Positions 1-12,110 of a stretch of 64,000 bases of DNA are shown in pieces; within the stretch, counting starts at the first letter, position 1, and each line of letters begins with the position of its first letter. The stretch is from Octopus vulgaris. Taxonomy: Eukaryota. Position numbers and translations under genes: made by a program. The stretch spans positions 106,640,001 through 106,704,000 of the forward strand of contig OX597816.1 in assembly GCA_951406725.2 (NCBI GenBank). The letters are read 5' to 3'. Below the pieces are notes generated by a model, which did no database searches, was not told the DNA's origin, and saw only the letters and a program-made list of their open reading frames with translations.

Positions 1-99
1 CTTTTAACTATTCTTTAAATTACAATATTATTCTGCTATGGTGACTGACAAACTAGAGTCTTATACACTTTACATTTCTTAACAATTGATAACTCTCTT

Positions 100-468
100 T
101 TACTATCTTTTACTTGTTTCAGTCATTTGACTGTGGCCATGCTGGAGCACCACCTTTAATCGAGCAACTCGACCCCGGGACTTATTCTTTGTAAGCCCAG
201 TACTTATTCTATCGGTCTCTTTTGCCGAACCGCTAAGTGACGGGGACGTAAACACACCAGCATCGGTTGTCAAGCAATGCTAGGGGGACAAACACAGACA
301 CACAAACACACACACACACACACATATATATACATATTTACGACAGGCTTCTTTCAGTTTCTGTCTACCAAATCCACTCACAAGGCATTGGTCGGCTCGG
401 GGCTATAGCAGTAGATACTTGCCAAAGATGCCACGCAGTGGGACTGAACCCGGAACCATGCGGTTGGT
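100..468 (-). mobile_element. tRNA-derived SINE family A with internal (CA/TA)n microsatellite; head truncated at the adjacent RTE fragment
   Basis: Near-identical to 15870-16278; B-box-like GGTTCAGTCCC on minus strand; homology stops at about 468 where RTE sequence starts. Confidence 0.85.
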
Positions 469-469
469 T

Positions 470-1765
470 CAGATAAGTCTAAGAAATTTCACTTAATGAT
501 CTCTTGATTACCAAGAAATTTGATGAGAGGGAAGAGGAACTACAGTCCTCGGACATAGAAGGTAGCTGGAAATTCTTACGGGACAGTTTACTGAGTGCCA
601 CTGACCAAGCTTATGGATGGTGCAAAGTCCCTTCCAGACCTAGAGTAACATGGTGGTGGAATGATACGGTAGACAATGCCATCAGAGCAAAGAAACAGGT
701 CTGGAAAGCCTGGAAGGGTGGGGGCAGCAGGGAACAATACCAAATAGCCAAAAAGGAGGCTGGGTGACAGATATACGTAGCCAAGGGTGAAGCAGAAAAG
801 AAGAAGTTTGCCTATGTCCAGCAACACGAGGACCAAAGAACTGAAGTATTCCAGATTGCAAGACAGTGAGCGAGAGAAAATTGTGATGTCACAGGAGAGA
901 AATGTGTCCACATGGATGATGGTGCCCTTGCTTTTAATGATTTGCAAAAGATGAGGCTTGGAGAAGCCATTATGAAAGACTATTGAACGTGGAGAATGAG
1001 TGGGAGGAGGAGAGCCTGCCAAATGTTGATCCAGTAGAGGGACTGGCTATCGAAATAGACAGCATCCTGGTAGATAAAGCAATTAAGGATGTGAAGCCAA
1101 GAAAAGCCACCGTCCCATCAGGAATCTCTGCTGAGATACTTAAAACATCCGGTGGTGTGGACTTTGGCCTAGTCACCTGTATTGTAAACCAGGTAGTTCA
1201 TAATGGAGTCATACCCAATGACTGGCATAGCAGCACCATAGCCAACTGCTACAAAGGTAAAGGTAATGCTTTAGATAGAAATATTTACAGAGGCATCAAA
1301 TTGCAGGATCAGGTGATGAAGGTCACGGAGAGGGTCATAACCCAACTAATTAGGGAGAAAGTCTGCTTAGATGAGATGCAGTTCGGTTTTGTGCCAGGTA
1401 GAAGCAAGACTGATGTTATATTTCTGGTACGGCAACTGCAGGAGAAATACCTAGCCAAAGATAAACCCCTATATTTGGATTTTGTGGACTTGGAGAAAGC
1501 CTTTAACAATTCCCCTGTTCCCTTATCTGGTGGGCGATGCAAAAACTGGGGATTGACGAATTGTTAATAAGGGCTGTACATGCCCTATACAGTAATGCTA
1601 TCAAGAGGATTAGGATTGGAAATGAGTATAGTGAAGAATTCTGGGTAGAAGTAGGGGGTCCACCAAAGATCAGGCCTCCATTATTGCCTGGAGGACTATT
1701 CATCATAGTCCTCCAGGCAATAACAGAGGACTTTAAGACACATTGCCCCTTGGAACTGTAGTTGT
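470..1765 (+). mobile_element. RTE-clade LINE fragment, disrupted reverse transcriptase
   Basis: Motifs TWWWN, YKGKG..NYRGIKL-like, EMQFGFVPGRSKTDVIF, LYLDFVDLEKAF; stops and frameshifts; ends at about the expected YADD position. Confidence 0.9.
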
Positions 1766-2120
1766 CGCTGATGCCAGTGCCACCTGACTGGCTCTCCGTG
1801 CCAGTGACATGTAAAAAGCTCCAGCTGAACATGGTCGATGCTAGCCCCCTCGCCCCGACCAGCTCCTTTGCCGGTGCCACGTAAAAAGCACCATCTGAAC
1901 GTGGCCGATGCCAGCCCCCTCTGGCCCCTGTGCTGGTGGCACATAAAAAAAACTGACTACATTCTCGGAGTGGTTGGCGTTAAGAAGGGCATCCAGCTGT
2001 AGAAACTGCCATATCAGACTGGAGCCTGATGCAGCCCCCTGGCTTCCCAGACCCCAGTCGAACCGTCCAACCCATGCCAGCATGGAAAACGGACGTTAAA
2101 CGATGATTATGATGATGATT
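1766..2120 (+). mobile_element. Retroposon 3' end with three ~65-70 bp internal repeats and GGACGTTAAA(CGATGAT)n tail
   Basis: Units at about 1770, 1837 and 1907; the same terminus recurs at about 57045-57115. Confidence 0.6.
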
Positions 2121-2170
2121 ATATATATATGTATAAATATATACACACACACACAAACATATATTTATTT

Positions 2171-2205
<35 letters not shown>

Positions 2206-2295
2206 CACATATATACACATACACAAATATATATATATACACACACATATATATTAACCCATATATATATTTATATATATAGGTACTGTGTAAAT

Positions 2296-2339
<44 letters not shown>

Positions 2340-2389
2340 TGTGTGTGTGTGTGTGAGTTCCTGTGTATACATACATCTCTATATGTATG

Positions 2390-2422
<33 letters not shown>

Positions 2423-2460
2423 ATATGTACACAACACATACACACACACACATATTCACA
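2120..2460. repeat. Compound (TA)/(CA)/(GA) microsatellite
   Basis: Directly visible. Confidence 0.95.
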
Positions 2461-3179
2461 CATCATGTACACGTGTGTGCTTAGAGATACCGCCATTTCC
2501 ATTTGAAACGCTATTGGTTTCTATGAATCAGCAGCGCGGAACACTTTCAACAGTTATAACATACAAGGCCACCAACCGAAACTTCTCCACACTCCCTCCA
2601 TCCCCGTTTATCTTCCACCCATATACCCAGCCCAAACTCCTGACCTTCAAATTACCGACATATACATTTTTTCTTCGTTTTTTTTTTCATCGTTTTCTTT
2701 TACTTAATTTTTCTTTCAGTCTATTATTTTGTCCATTACTTGAATATTTTAAATGTTACAATTTCTAGTTTCTTATTTTTTTCCTTATTAATTTTGTTGT
2801 ATTCTTGGAAATGTGCATATTAATTTAAACACACAGAAATACACACATACGAATTCACCTTATACACACACACACACACGTTTGTTTTTATGTAAAGCTG
2901 TACATAAAAACAGTCGTAAACTATGTAGAAGAATCACTCTAGCTTTCAAGTAACATCTAAAAAGCAAAAAATTAACCATATACTAAGGTTAGTATATCAA
3001 CTGTGATTATTAAACTTCACTAAATAATTATAGCAGAGCCTTTACTAAATCTATCTGGTTTAAATCTATATGCATTGATTAAATATGTACCAGTCCGGTA
3101 TTCAGGACATGCACCTTATATAAAAAAAATCAAAATGTTACATTCATTTAGTATAATGTGTAGCATATACATTTAGTTA

Positions 3180-3336
3180 TAGACGCAGGCGTGGCTGTGT
3201 GGTAAAAAAACTGGCTGCCCAACCACATGGTTCCGGGTTCAGTCCCACTGTGTGACACCTCGAGCCAACCTGGTTAGTGGGTTTGGTGGATGAGAACTGA
3301 AAGAAGCCTGTCATATATATATGTGTGTGTGTGTGT

Positions 3337-3383
<47 letters not shown>

Positions 3384-3925
3384 AGTTTCGACCAAAGATT
3401 GGTCCAGGCCATGTCTAACTTAATAGTACCACCTGATAGGATTATTTGAATCTTGTTTAAGTCAAGTTTTGTTTATGGTCTATTCAAGTAGTGAGTTTTT
3501 GTTGGGTGAGTTGTATCCAATTATGGGTGGCTTATCTGGTATACCTTGAAGGAATCTATCCAGACTCCGTTTAAAGTTGATGGGATCCTTTTCCTCTTTG
3601 ATCTCTTTCGGGACAATGTTAAATAGGGCGGATATTTTCATTATCGTGGCCTGTTTTTTCAAATTTTTCCTACTGAACCAAACAATTTGAAACTTCGTAT
3701 ACTGGTAGAATGTGTCAAAAGTAAACTTAATTAAACATATATATATATGTGTGTGTGTGTGTCTTTGAGTCTGTTTGTCCCCCCGTCACTGCTCGTCAAC
3801 CGGTGTTAGTGTGTTTACGTCCATGTAATTTAGGGGTCAAATTGTTCGACTAAAACCCTTTAAGACGGTGCTCCACCATGGCCGTAATCAAATAACTGAA
3901 ACAAGTAAAAGAAAATAAAAGAAAG
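3180..3925 (+). mobile_element. SINE family A split in its central microsatellite by other repeat fragments
   Basis: Head GCAGGCGTGGCTGTGTGGTAA..GGTTCAGTCCC at about 3180-3312; tail ..CTGAAACAAGTAAAAG at about 3760-3925. Confidence 0.7.
3480..3645 (-). mobile_element. CR1-type LINE ORF2 C-terminal fragment
   Basis: LFNIVPKEIK..FKRSLDRFLQGIPDKP..GY..NSLLE resembles invertebrate CR1 C-termini. Confidence 0.7.
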
Positions 3926-4007
3926 AATTAATGTGCTGAATTACACACACCCATAAACACACGTATTTGCCAGTCAAAAACACGCGAAGACTGCTAAGTT
4001 CACTTAA

Positions 4008-4210
4008 CACTTTAGCATTCTGAATATTTCATATTCAAACTGGCCGGATTCGTCTTCTCATACCTAGCATGCAATGTCAATCTAAAAATATACTATTACA
4101 TCATTGAAGCTGCGAGATAATGCAAGGTTAATTCAACCAATTTGAATAAATAAACGTTATGCCTGACAAATAAGCGTTGTGTTTGACTAAGTAATTTGAA
4201 TAGCAGAGAG
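4008..4210. mobile_element. Degenerate TTAA-type (piggyBac-like) MITE
   Basis: TTAA|CACTTTAGCATTC left end; decayed GAATAGCAGAGAG|TTGA right end. Confidence 0.35.
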
Positions 4211-5359
4211 TTGAACATCTATTAATTTTTATTTGGTGTCAAATTTTTCGCTGCACTAACTGTGACCTGGTTACTGTTGGTGTAGTGAAAGTTTTGACAT
4301 CAAATAATAAATACGTTTTTGAATGGCTAATATGCATCTTCCATGCTGCAATTGTTTAAGTTTCAGCACACAGTCTCAGATCAAATCCCTTGCCTGGCAA
4401 GTACACCCACGAAATTATATATTCACACACACACACGCATGCTTGCTGAAGTGTAAAGGGCAGTGCTCATGATCCGTTTTAGGGCTTCTGAGACGAATGT
4501 AAAAGGGTAAGGAAGAAATTTTCAAACCGGAGACCTGGCTCATGTGCATACAACAAAGCAGATTCTATTAAAAGTATACAAAGGCCGGTTGGTGATGTTA
4601 AACTGGACAACTTGCTGTTTTAAGGCATGTGTAAACTGGACAGTTGCCCGGGGTCACCACAGGTCTCGGGATCCAATTATAATCTATGTATGCTATAGCA
4701 TGTTGTCAATAAATACTTAAGGGGCCTAGTGCACTGAACTGCCTGGAGAACCAGCGTAGAGAGGGGCAGATGGAGCAGTCTGTCCCAGACTGCACTTTTA
4801 TGGGGGGGGGCACCACTTTTGGGTCTGCCGTAGGCAATATGTACTTTTCATGGGGCCCAGGGGCAGTATACACTCTAGTTATGCTAATAGGCCTGGAGGC
4901 CTATAATGCTGCTGAAATAGCCTGATTGGTTAGCAGATTAAGTTTATCACACGTAGGCCAGAGTAGGATTTGAACTCGGAACACATAGAGCAAGAAGAAA
5001 ACCGTATTACATCCTGTCCAACACTTGGATATTTTTGGTTTAATGCACGAGATTCGATTTTTTATTTTGAAAATTTCTACACAGATGTAGTTTTTACATG
5101 TTAATTACAAAAATCATAACCGTTTTCTGGAGAATCAAAAATTTCGTCAATCTACGGTCCTTATTCATAAATAAGATTACAAAAGAAAGAACATGTAATG
5201 TTCCACGGATCCAGCAACTAAATATATAATGTTTATATATTTAGTAGCAGGATCCGTTAAGATTTCATGCTCTATAAATTTCCTTATTTCTGTTTCTACG
5301 TATAAATTTATAAATTATCATGTTTTATCGATTTATTTAGTTTTCTATAATGCCGTTGA

Positions 5360-5705
5360 TATCGTTCCATGGTTAAGGTTGTTTAAAACTGAACACTCGA
5401 GCTTGGGTTTATTTGATATATTTTCAGTTAATGTTTAAAGCAGTAATGCACAAATTGGTTTCATTATGTTAAAGATTTCAATTATATCTTCTAATTCGTT
5501 CCATAGTTCGAAAGTTGCTTAAAGTGCACTTAACACTTGAATTCGTTTTAGTGTTATAAGTTGTCAATTATGTCTTCGATTTTGTTCCATAGTTTAAAAG
5601 TTGTTTAAAGTGTACCTCATACTCGAACTTGCTTCATTGTCAACAGTTTCAATTATTTTCTGTTTCTTTCCATAAGTTTAAGGTTGTTTAAAGAGTAACA
5701 CGCGT
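5360..5705. repeat. Degenerate ~85 bp tandem repeat, 3-4 units
   Basis: GTTCCATAGTT..AAGTTGTTTAAAG core at about 5364, 5498, 5584 and 5668. Confidence 0.7.
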
Positions 5706-6294
5706 ATGAAGATAAGCGGAAACGAGCAGAACAGAGGCAGCAAATGATTCAGTCTGTAACTCAGAGTTGACTACAACGTGCGATCATCCAGGCTCATATA
5801 ATAATGTATTGTGAGACACACTTTGTATGTATACTGCCGTCGCTTTTTCTATTTTGTTTATGCATTATGATTATTTATTTTTTGCTTTGAATTATTGCTG
5901 CTGCTGTTGTTTTGTCATCTTTTTTTTTTTCGTTACTAGTGCAAGTAGCAAAACGAAACTAAAAACCAAATCAAAATAGTAAAAATCAATACCTCTTCCA
6001 CTTATATAGGTAAAGAAAACAGCACAAAAACAAAACCATCACAATTCGCGATTTAATTTCTTCTCCTGTGTTTGTTTTATAATTTATTAAAAGCATTTGA
6101 TCTTCGCCGCTTTTGTCAGCCGTCAACTTGCACCCCACTCCCCAAATCTCTCACACACGCTCGAGCACGCACACAAGCACGAACACACACGCCATCGACG
6201 GTGATGATTGGTACAAAGCTAAAATTTGCCAAGAGCCAGAAACAATGACCGCCGCATTAAATGTTATTGTCACAGACATGTTAAAATAACACAC

Positions 6295-7450
6295 AATGGT
6301 TTCTTACTTGAGCATAAAAGTCATACATTTGGCGGGAGGGAGCAGCTGATCAGAACTTTAATGGTTCAGTACTAATTTTATCGATCTCCAAACGTTAAAC
6401 GATAACGGTCGAGCTAGATTGAGTGTTGTTGGTGTTTAACCTCAGGTCAGCTTTGATCACAAGCAAAAATAATACACACATATGCATGCATGTGAATCTA
6501 TGAATTTTTAGCCAGAGCATACACTTTTCAAAACCATATATTTACCATATAACTCAAATATACCTGAAACAGAACCGGTCAGTGAGTCAATCGATAGCCT
6601 GTGTTAATACAAACGAAAAGAGATAATTCTCAACACATAAAATAGAGTTAAATATAATAGATTTTTTTTTTTGCTAATTTTGGCACACAGCAGCTTTTAA
6701 GTGAAAGGGAAAGTGGATTACACTGACCCCGCTACTACACTGCTAACTTATTTTATCGACCCCGAAAGGGTGAAAAGCAAAGCTGACCATAGGATTTTAA
6801 TTCAGAACGTAATGAACCAAAAGTAATGACGCTAACGATTCTGCCAGCTCGTTAAATGTAATGATGGTTTCAAATTTTGGCACAAGGCCAGTGATTTAGG
6901 GGGAGGGATTAAGTCAATTACACCGACCCTAGTGATCAACTGGTACATCGACCCTGAAAAGATGAAAGACAAAGTCGACCCTGGTAGCATTTGAACTCAG
7001 GACGTAGTCGGAAGAAATGCCGCTAAGCACTTTGTCCGGCACGGTAACAATTCTACCAGCTACCGCCTTTGAGTTAAATGCAATTTTGGGGGATGGGCTA
7101 GTTGATTACATCGATCCCAGAGTTCAACTGATAGCTATTTTATCAATCCCGATAGGATAAAAGGCAATGTTGACTTCGGTGGTACATGAACTAATACAGC
7201 CGAAATGCCGCTAAGCATTTTGCCCGGGGTGCTAACAATTCTGCCATTTCGTTGCCATGAATTAAATGTAATAATAACTTCAAGTTTTTCATATAAGGCT
7301 AGCAATTTTAGGGACGCGGATAAGTCTATTGTATAGATTCAGCAATGATGATTGGCAGAATTTGAATTCAGAACATAAAGAGTCAGAATAAATGCCATTA
7401 AACATTTTGTCCGACGCACCGACGATTCTGTTAACTCACCACCTTAGAGT
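6295..7450 (-). mobile_element. Head-to-tail cluster of about 5 SINE family B copies
   Basis: Repeated TTTTGGCACAAGG..TTTATCGACCCCGAAAGGATGAAAGGCAAAGTCGAC..TTTGAACTCAG..CTGCCAGCTC unit. Confidence 0.8.
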
Positions 7451-7909
7451 TAATTATAAAACTAATACTTGCAGAACTGGATTTTCAACAGTTGTTTACT
7501 CTGAGTTTCACATTGCTGCTTTCAAAAAAAAAAAAAAAAAAAAAATTGAAATGTCTTTGCAACTAACTCTGCAAGATTCCAATTTACTGTGCATCTGATT
7601 TTAGTTACCTTGATCCTCAACACAGACCAAATAACTGTTCTTTTACTTGGTTTTAATATATGCTTATCCCATTCACTCTCATTCCATTTTGCCCCACTCC
7701 GTTATTATTTTTCTCATTAATTTCTTCATGGAAGACTCAATGGAGCGCTAGACATAATGCCTAGAATTTTTATGATCCAAACCCAAATTTCGCCAGGGTT
7801 ACCTTTACTTTCCTGTGCTACAGAAGTGATAAAATACAACACCGATCGAATACTGAGGTTGATACAATCAACTAGTTCCTCATACTCCTTTCAGTAAATC
7901 AATATCATA

Positions 7910-8745
7910 AACTCCGCATCATTATTAGGATTAAGTTCTTGACCCAAGGGCTCCATGATGTCCTCCCCAGCTCATCCAACCTATTTACATGGGGCTTAGT
8001 GAAAACCCCCATGCCCCATAAGACAAGGACCCTCGAGAACAATCTAAGTAACAGCTCAAGGCAATAAATGAGGGATGCTATCTGTGAAGACACGATCAGG
8101 TCGCTAAGACATCGCTGAAGCGGTCGGCAAAAGGGTCGGTGACTGCAGAAATGCCAGTACTACAGTCAGAAAGATAGTTCTTGTTAAAGAGAGACAGAAA
8201 CTAAAGAGGAAAAAAAACTCCAACAACTCTGAGCATTTACTTTCCACAGCGCAGGGCTGTGTGATGGAAGTTGATTTGGAAACGCAGATGAATTTTCCAG
8301 TACATATCTCCTGGATATTGCAAGGCAATGAATCTATTTGGAGTTGTGTCCAAAAGAAAAAAGGCTGGAGGAGGCGCAAGACAAGAAAAGAGTTAAGTAC
8401 TAGGCGTTAGTAGAGGACTGCTGCAGGAAAAGGTGGAGAACGAGATCTTTGTTAGTAAAGATTGGTAGTCGAGAGTTCGTAGGTTGTATCCTCAATAAGG
8501 CTTATGGGACCTGGGCTTTAGAGAATGAGAAGAAAAGCCATCAAGAACCATGTAGAAACTGCTGAGAAAATATTTCGAGAGTTCTGACTGAAAGTGATAC
8601 TCGGTGGGTGTTAGCAGAGGGCTCTTTGAACACAGGTTTAAGTTTGATCAACCTAGATCGAGTCGCCTGGATGAGGACGTATGTTGTAAGGATCAAAGTA
8701 CCCAACAATCTCCCGGATACATCACAGATGACGTATCCAAGTATT
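7910..8745 (+). mobile_element. HERO/NeSL-type non-LTR retrotransposon 3' remnant (zinc knuckle, restriction-like endonuclease, 3' UTR)
   Basis: Frameshifted KFLTQGLHDVLPSSSNLFTWG..RHDQV..LLSTAQG..VDLETQMNFP..KY*ALVEDC..VKIGSREFVG. Confidence 0.7.
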
Positions 8746-10089
8746 GCATCTGTCGATACTAAAAACGTTTTATAGTTTACTAAAGCCTTTTTAATATATA
8801 TTATTGTTCTTATTCTAACTAATGTCCATTGTCCGGAACGGAATGGAATATGCAGAGCAAGAAGACGGAAAGTGTCGCTGAGGAGGTCACAGGTGTGTGA
8901 CGAAAGATTTCCGGATAATGGACATGAATTAGAATAAGAACAGTAATAAACAAGTAAAGAACGAATATATAGTGCATGTGTATTTGGCAAATAAAAAAAA
9001 AACAACCGTCCTAAAATACAGCAATATCTGTTTCAACACACGACTTCACATCAGGAATCTTGCAACACAAATTCATTAACTTTTTACTATAATTATCCAC
9101 ATATCTTCTTTCAATGCTATCACCCCCACCACTACTTCATACTTTTATCAATCCTTCCACATATCTTATACTTTACCATTCCATTCCCTCTTTCTGTTTA
9201 ATGCCTCCCTTCTGCACCGCCCAATCCACTCCCTTCCTTCATTAGACTAATACAATACTTGCGATACGGCTGAATATATCACAAAGCTATTCTCCTTCCT
9301 ACTCTCTCGCTCTCCATTTCTTCACCCTCATTGTTTTAGTCTGCACCCCCTCCGCCATTTCTTTCTTCAGTCATTATCCTCTCTTTGTGTTCTTTAATCT
9401 TCATTCTTTTGTTTTCTTTTTCCATCTCTTCTTTCATTCTTCCTTTTATTCCGTCATCCCTCCGTTCACTCTCTTATTTACTTTACTTTCCCTTTTTTAA
9501 CTTCCAGTCTTTTGTTTTCCTTTTTCACACCCTTTTATCTTCTCTTCTTCATATCCCCTCCTGCCTTCTCTTTCAGATGCTCTTGCTTCTTACACTCTCT
9601 CCTCTATTGCCGTCACTTGAACCCCTCTTTACTAATCACTGCTATATGCATCAAATTTATTTAAATATTTTGATGTTCGAATTTTTATAAGCCTTACACT
9701 TGTCAATTAAAAGTGAAAATATGAAAAACGGAACTAGAAGTAAACAACTGTTGAAAGAGCAGTTTTTGTACAGTTATTATATACACACACAATACTATAC
9801 ATGCGTATACATATACCGATACATAGATACACACATATATGCAATTATGTCTATGAGAGTACAAAGAAAAGCATTTTTTTTAATATATAAAAGACACTGA
9901 AATATAATTAGATGTGAAAGAAAACGTCCAATATATAATTAAATTACACATTAGAAGATACAAAAATGACTAATATTAAAATGTGCCAATTGTGATCATT
10001 GTCTGCTCGGTGAAGTTTGTAGTGTATACACACAAAAGTAGCGAAGTGATACATCATGTTGACTGGGCATAGCGAATTTATTAGCGCAA

Positions 10090-10695
10090 GCATTCCTTTG
10101 CAAACCCTGACAGATGATGTGTGACTACTTTCTTGAGATATATTTGTTTTTTTAGAGAGAGACGATCCCGTTCGCTTATTATTTGATCTATCCATGTTCG
10201 AGTATCACTGTATTGTGTAAACTTTGTTGCCAGTTGCGCTTAATTAAGAAGACGGCCATTTTCAGTCAAAATTTTTACGGCTTAAATTTCAGTTCAGAAC
10301 GTTTATGTCATGTAAGCATGCTTACATATCTCGAAACACCTTTTGCTATATTATAAGCCAGCTGGACACCTGTTTTGTTTTGGATTGATTAAACATTGCT
10401 ACAGTAGGATTTTGCACCCGTTTTTGCTCCTTTTCTTTTTTTTTACGGAGAATTCCCATCGCAGTTTTTCTTTTCAATCAGGGCTGAAATTGAAACCATA
10501 ACAATTTTAATGCAAGATAACCATCTTCTCAGTTAAGCGCAACTGGCATTGAAGTTTAAACAATACAGTGATGTTCGAACAGGGATAGATCAAGTAGAAA
10601 CGTTAAATGCACAGGAACGTCTCTTTTAGTACCCAAATATACCTCGAGAAAGTAGTAGCAAATCGTTTTGCAGGATTAGCACAGGATTAGAATGC
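10090..10695. mobile_element. Old foldback MITE with ~200 bp imperfect inverted arms
   Basis: TTGATCTATCCATGTTCGAGTATCACTGTATTG and TGCCAGTTGCGCTTAA (left) match the reverse complement of about 10532-10592. Confidence 0.75.
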
Positions 10696-11506
10696 CAGTA
10701 CTGATACATATGTACCCACTCCACTTCAATATAATTTTCTTATATATTATTGTCTCGTATTTTTTGTGCTATTTTGTATATAATTCTATTTGAATATCAG
10801 AAACAAGAAACTCAAAGTAACGATTAGTGATTTTGTCATCTCCTAATAAATATATAACTCTATTTTTTTCCATTCAGTACTCTCTCTTTTCTTGTTCACA
10901 CAGGTTTTCTGTTCAAAACACGCACGCACATATACACAGTAACATACATGTGTGTATAAGTATTGTTATTTCTTCCACACACGTCTATAAATGCCGAAAT
11001 ATGGCTCCCTTCACTATCACCGCAACAACTGACACATGTATGTAATAAAAAGGTCACTATGTGATATATTTCTCATATTCTACTTTCAGGGAGAGCGGTT
11101 CTGAAGCTAATAAAGAAATCTTAATGTGTGTGCGCGCACACCATTCTCCTCTCTCTTAAACAACATCATACACATCCCTCTCTGTATATGCATATGTATA
11201 CACATTTATACAAGGGCATTCATGTATGGATATATATATATATATATATAAATACACATATACACATGTATATAGTGTATGTATATGTATGATCAGACAT
11301 ATACATAAAGGATTTTATATATATAGGCTTGTCTGGCTCTGAGCGCACATACGACGCACACACGCGTTGTCTATCATATTTGTATGTATGTACACATACA
11401 GACACGGGTATGTGCATATGTATATTATATGTGTACCCTTTACGCTAACACCCAACAAGTATCTATATATATTTATATATGTGTATAAGTGGTGTGTGTG
11501 TGTATG

Positions 11507-11562
<56 letters not shown>

Positions 11563-11947
11563 TATACATACACACACATATATACATACATACACATATA
11601 TATATACATACATACATACACGCAGACACACATAAATACACATACGTATGCATACATATACATGTTACACGCGCTTACAGACATGCACACACACGCATAC
11701 ACACATTCGTATATGAATACACATTGCCTGTTCGCGCATAGAAACAGAAATGCACGCTGCTTGCCGGTTGGAGAAAAAAGACGAGGAATTCTTTGCCAGC
11801 GTTTCAGGGTGAGATAGATTAAAAGAAATTAACAGCTAAATGTGATAACTTTGAACCGCTTTGGCTTGTCTGCCAACCGTAACATATGGTTATAACATAT
11901 ACCAATAGAGCATGTTTTCTTTTTTTGAAGTTGTTGCTGTTGGTGTC

Positions 11948-12110
<163 letters not shown>

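Noticed and set aside
6295-7450. CRISPR-like repeat array
   Set aside because: Units are long diverged SINE copies in eukaryotic DNA; no cas genes
8940-9035. YCCILG resembling the p75 TM motif YCSIL
   Set aside because: No full hydrophobic helix or convincing splice sites; poly-T driven
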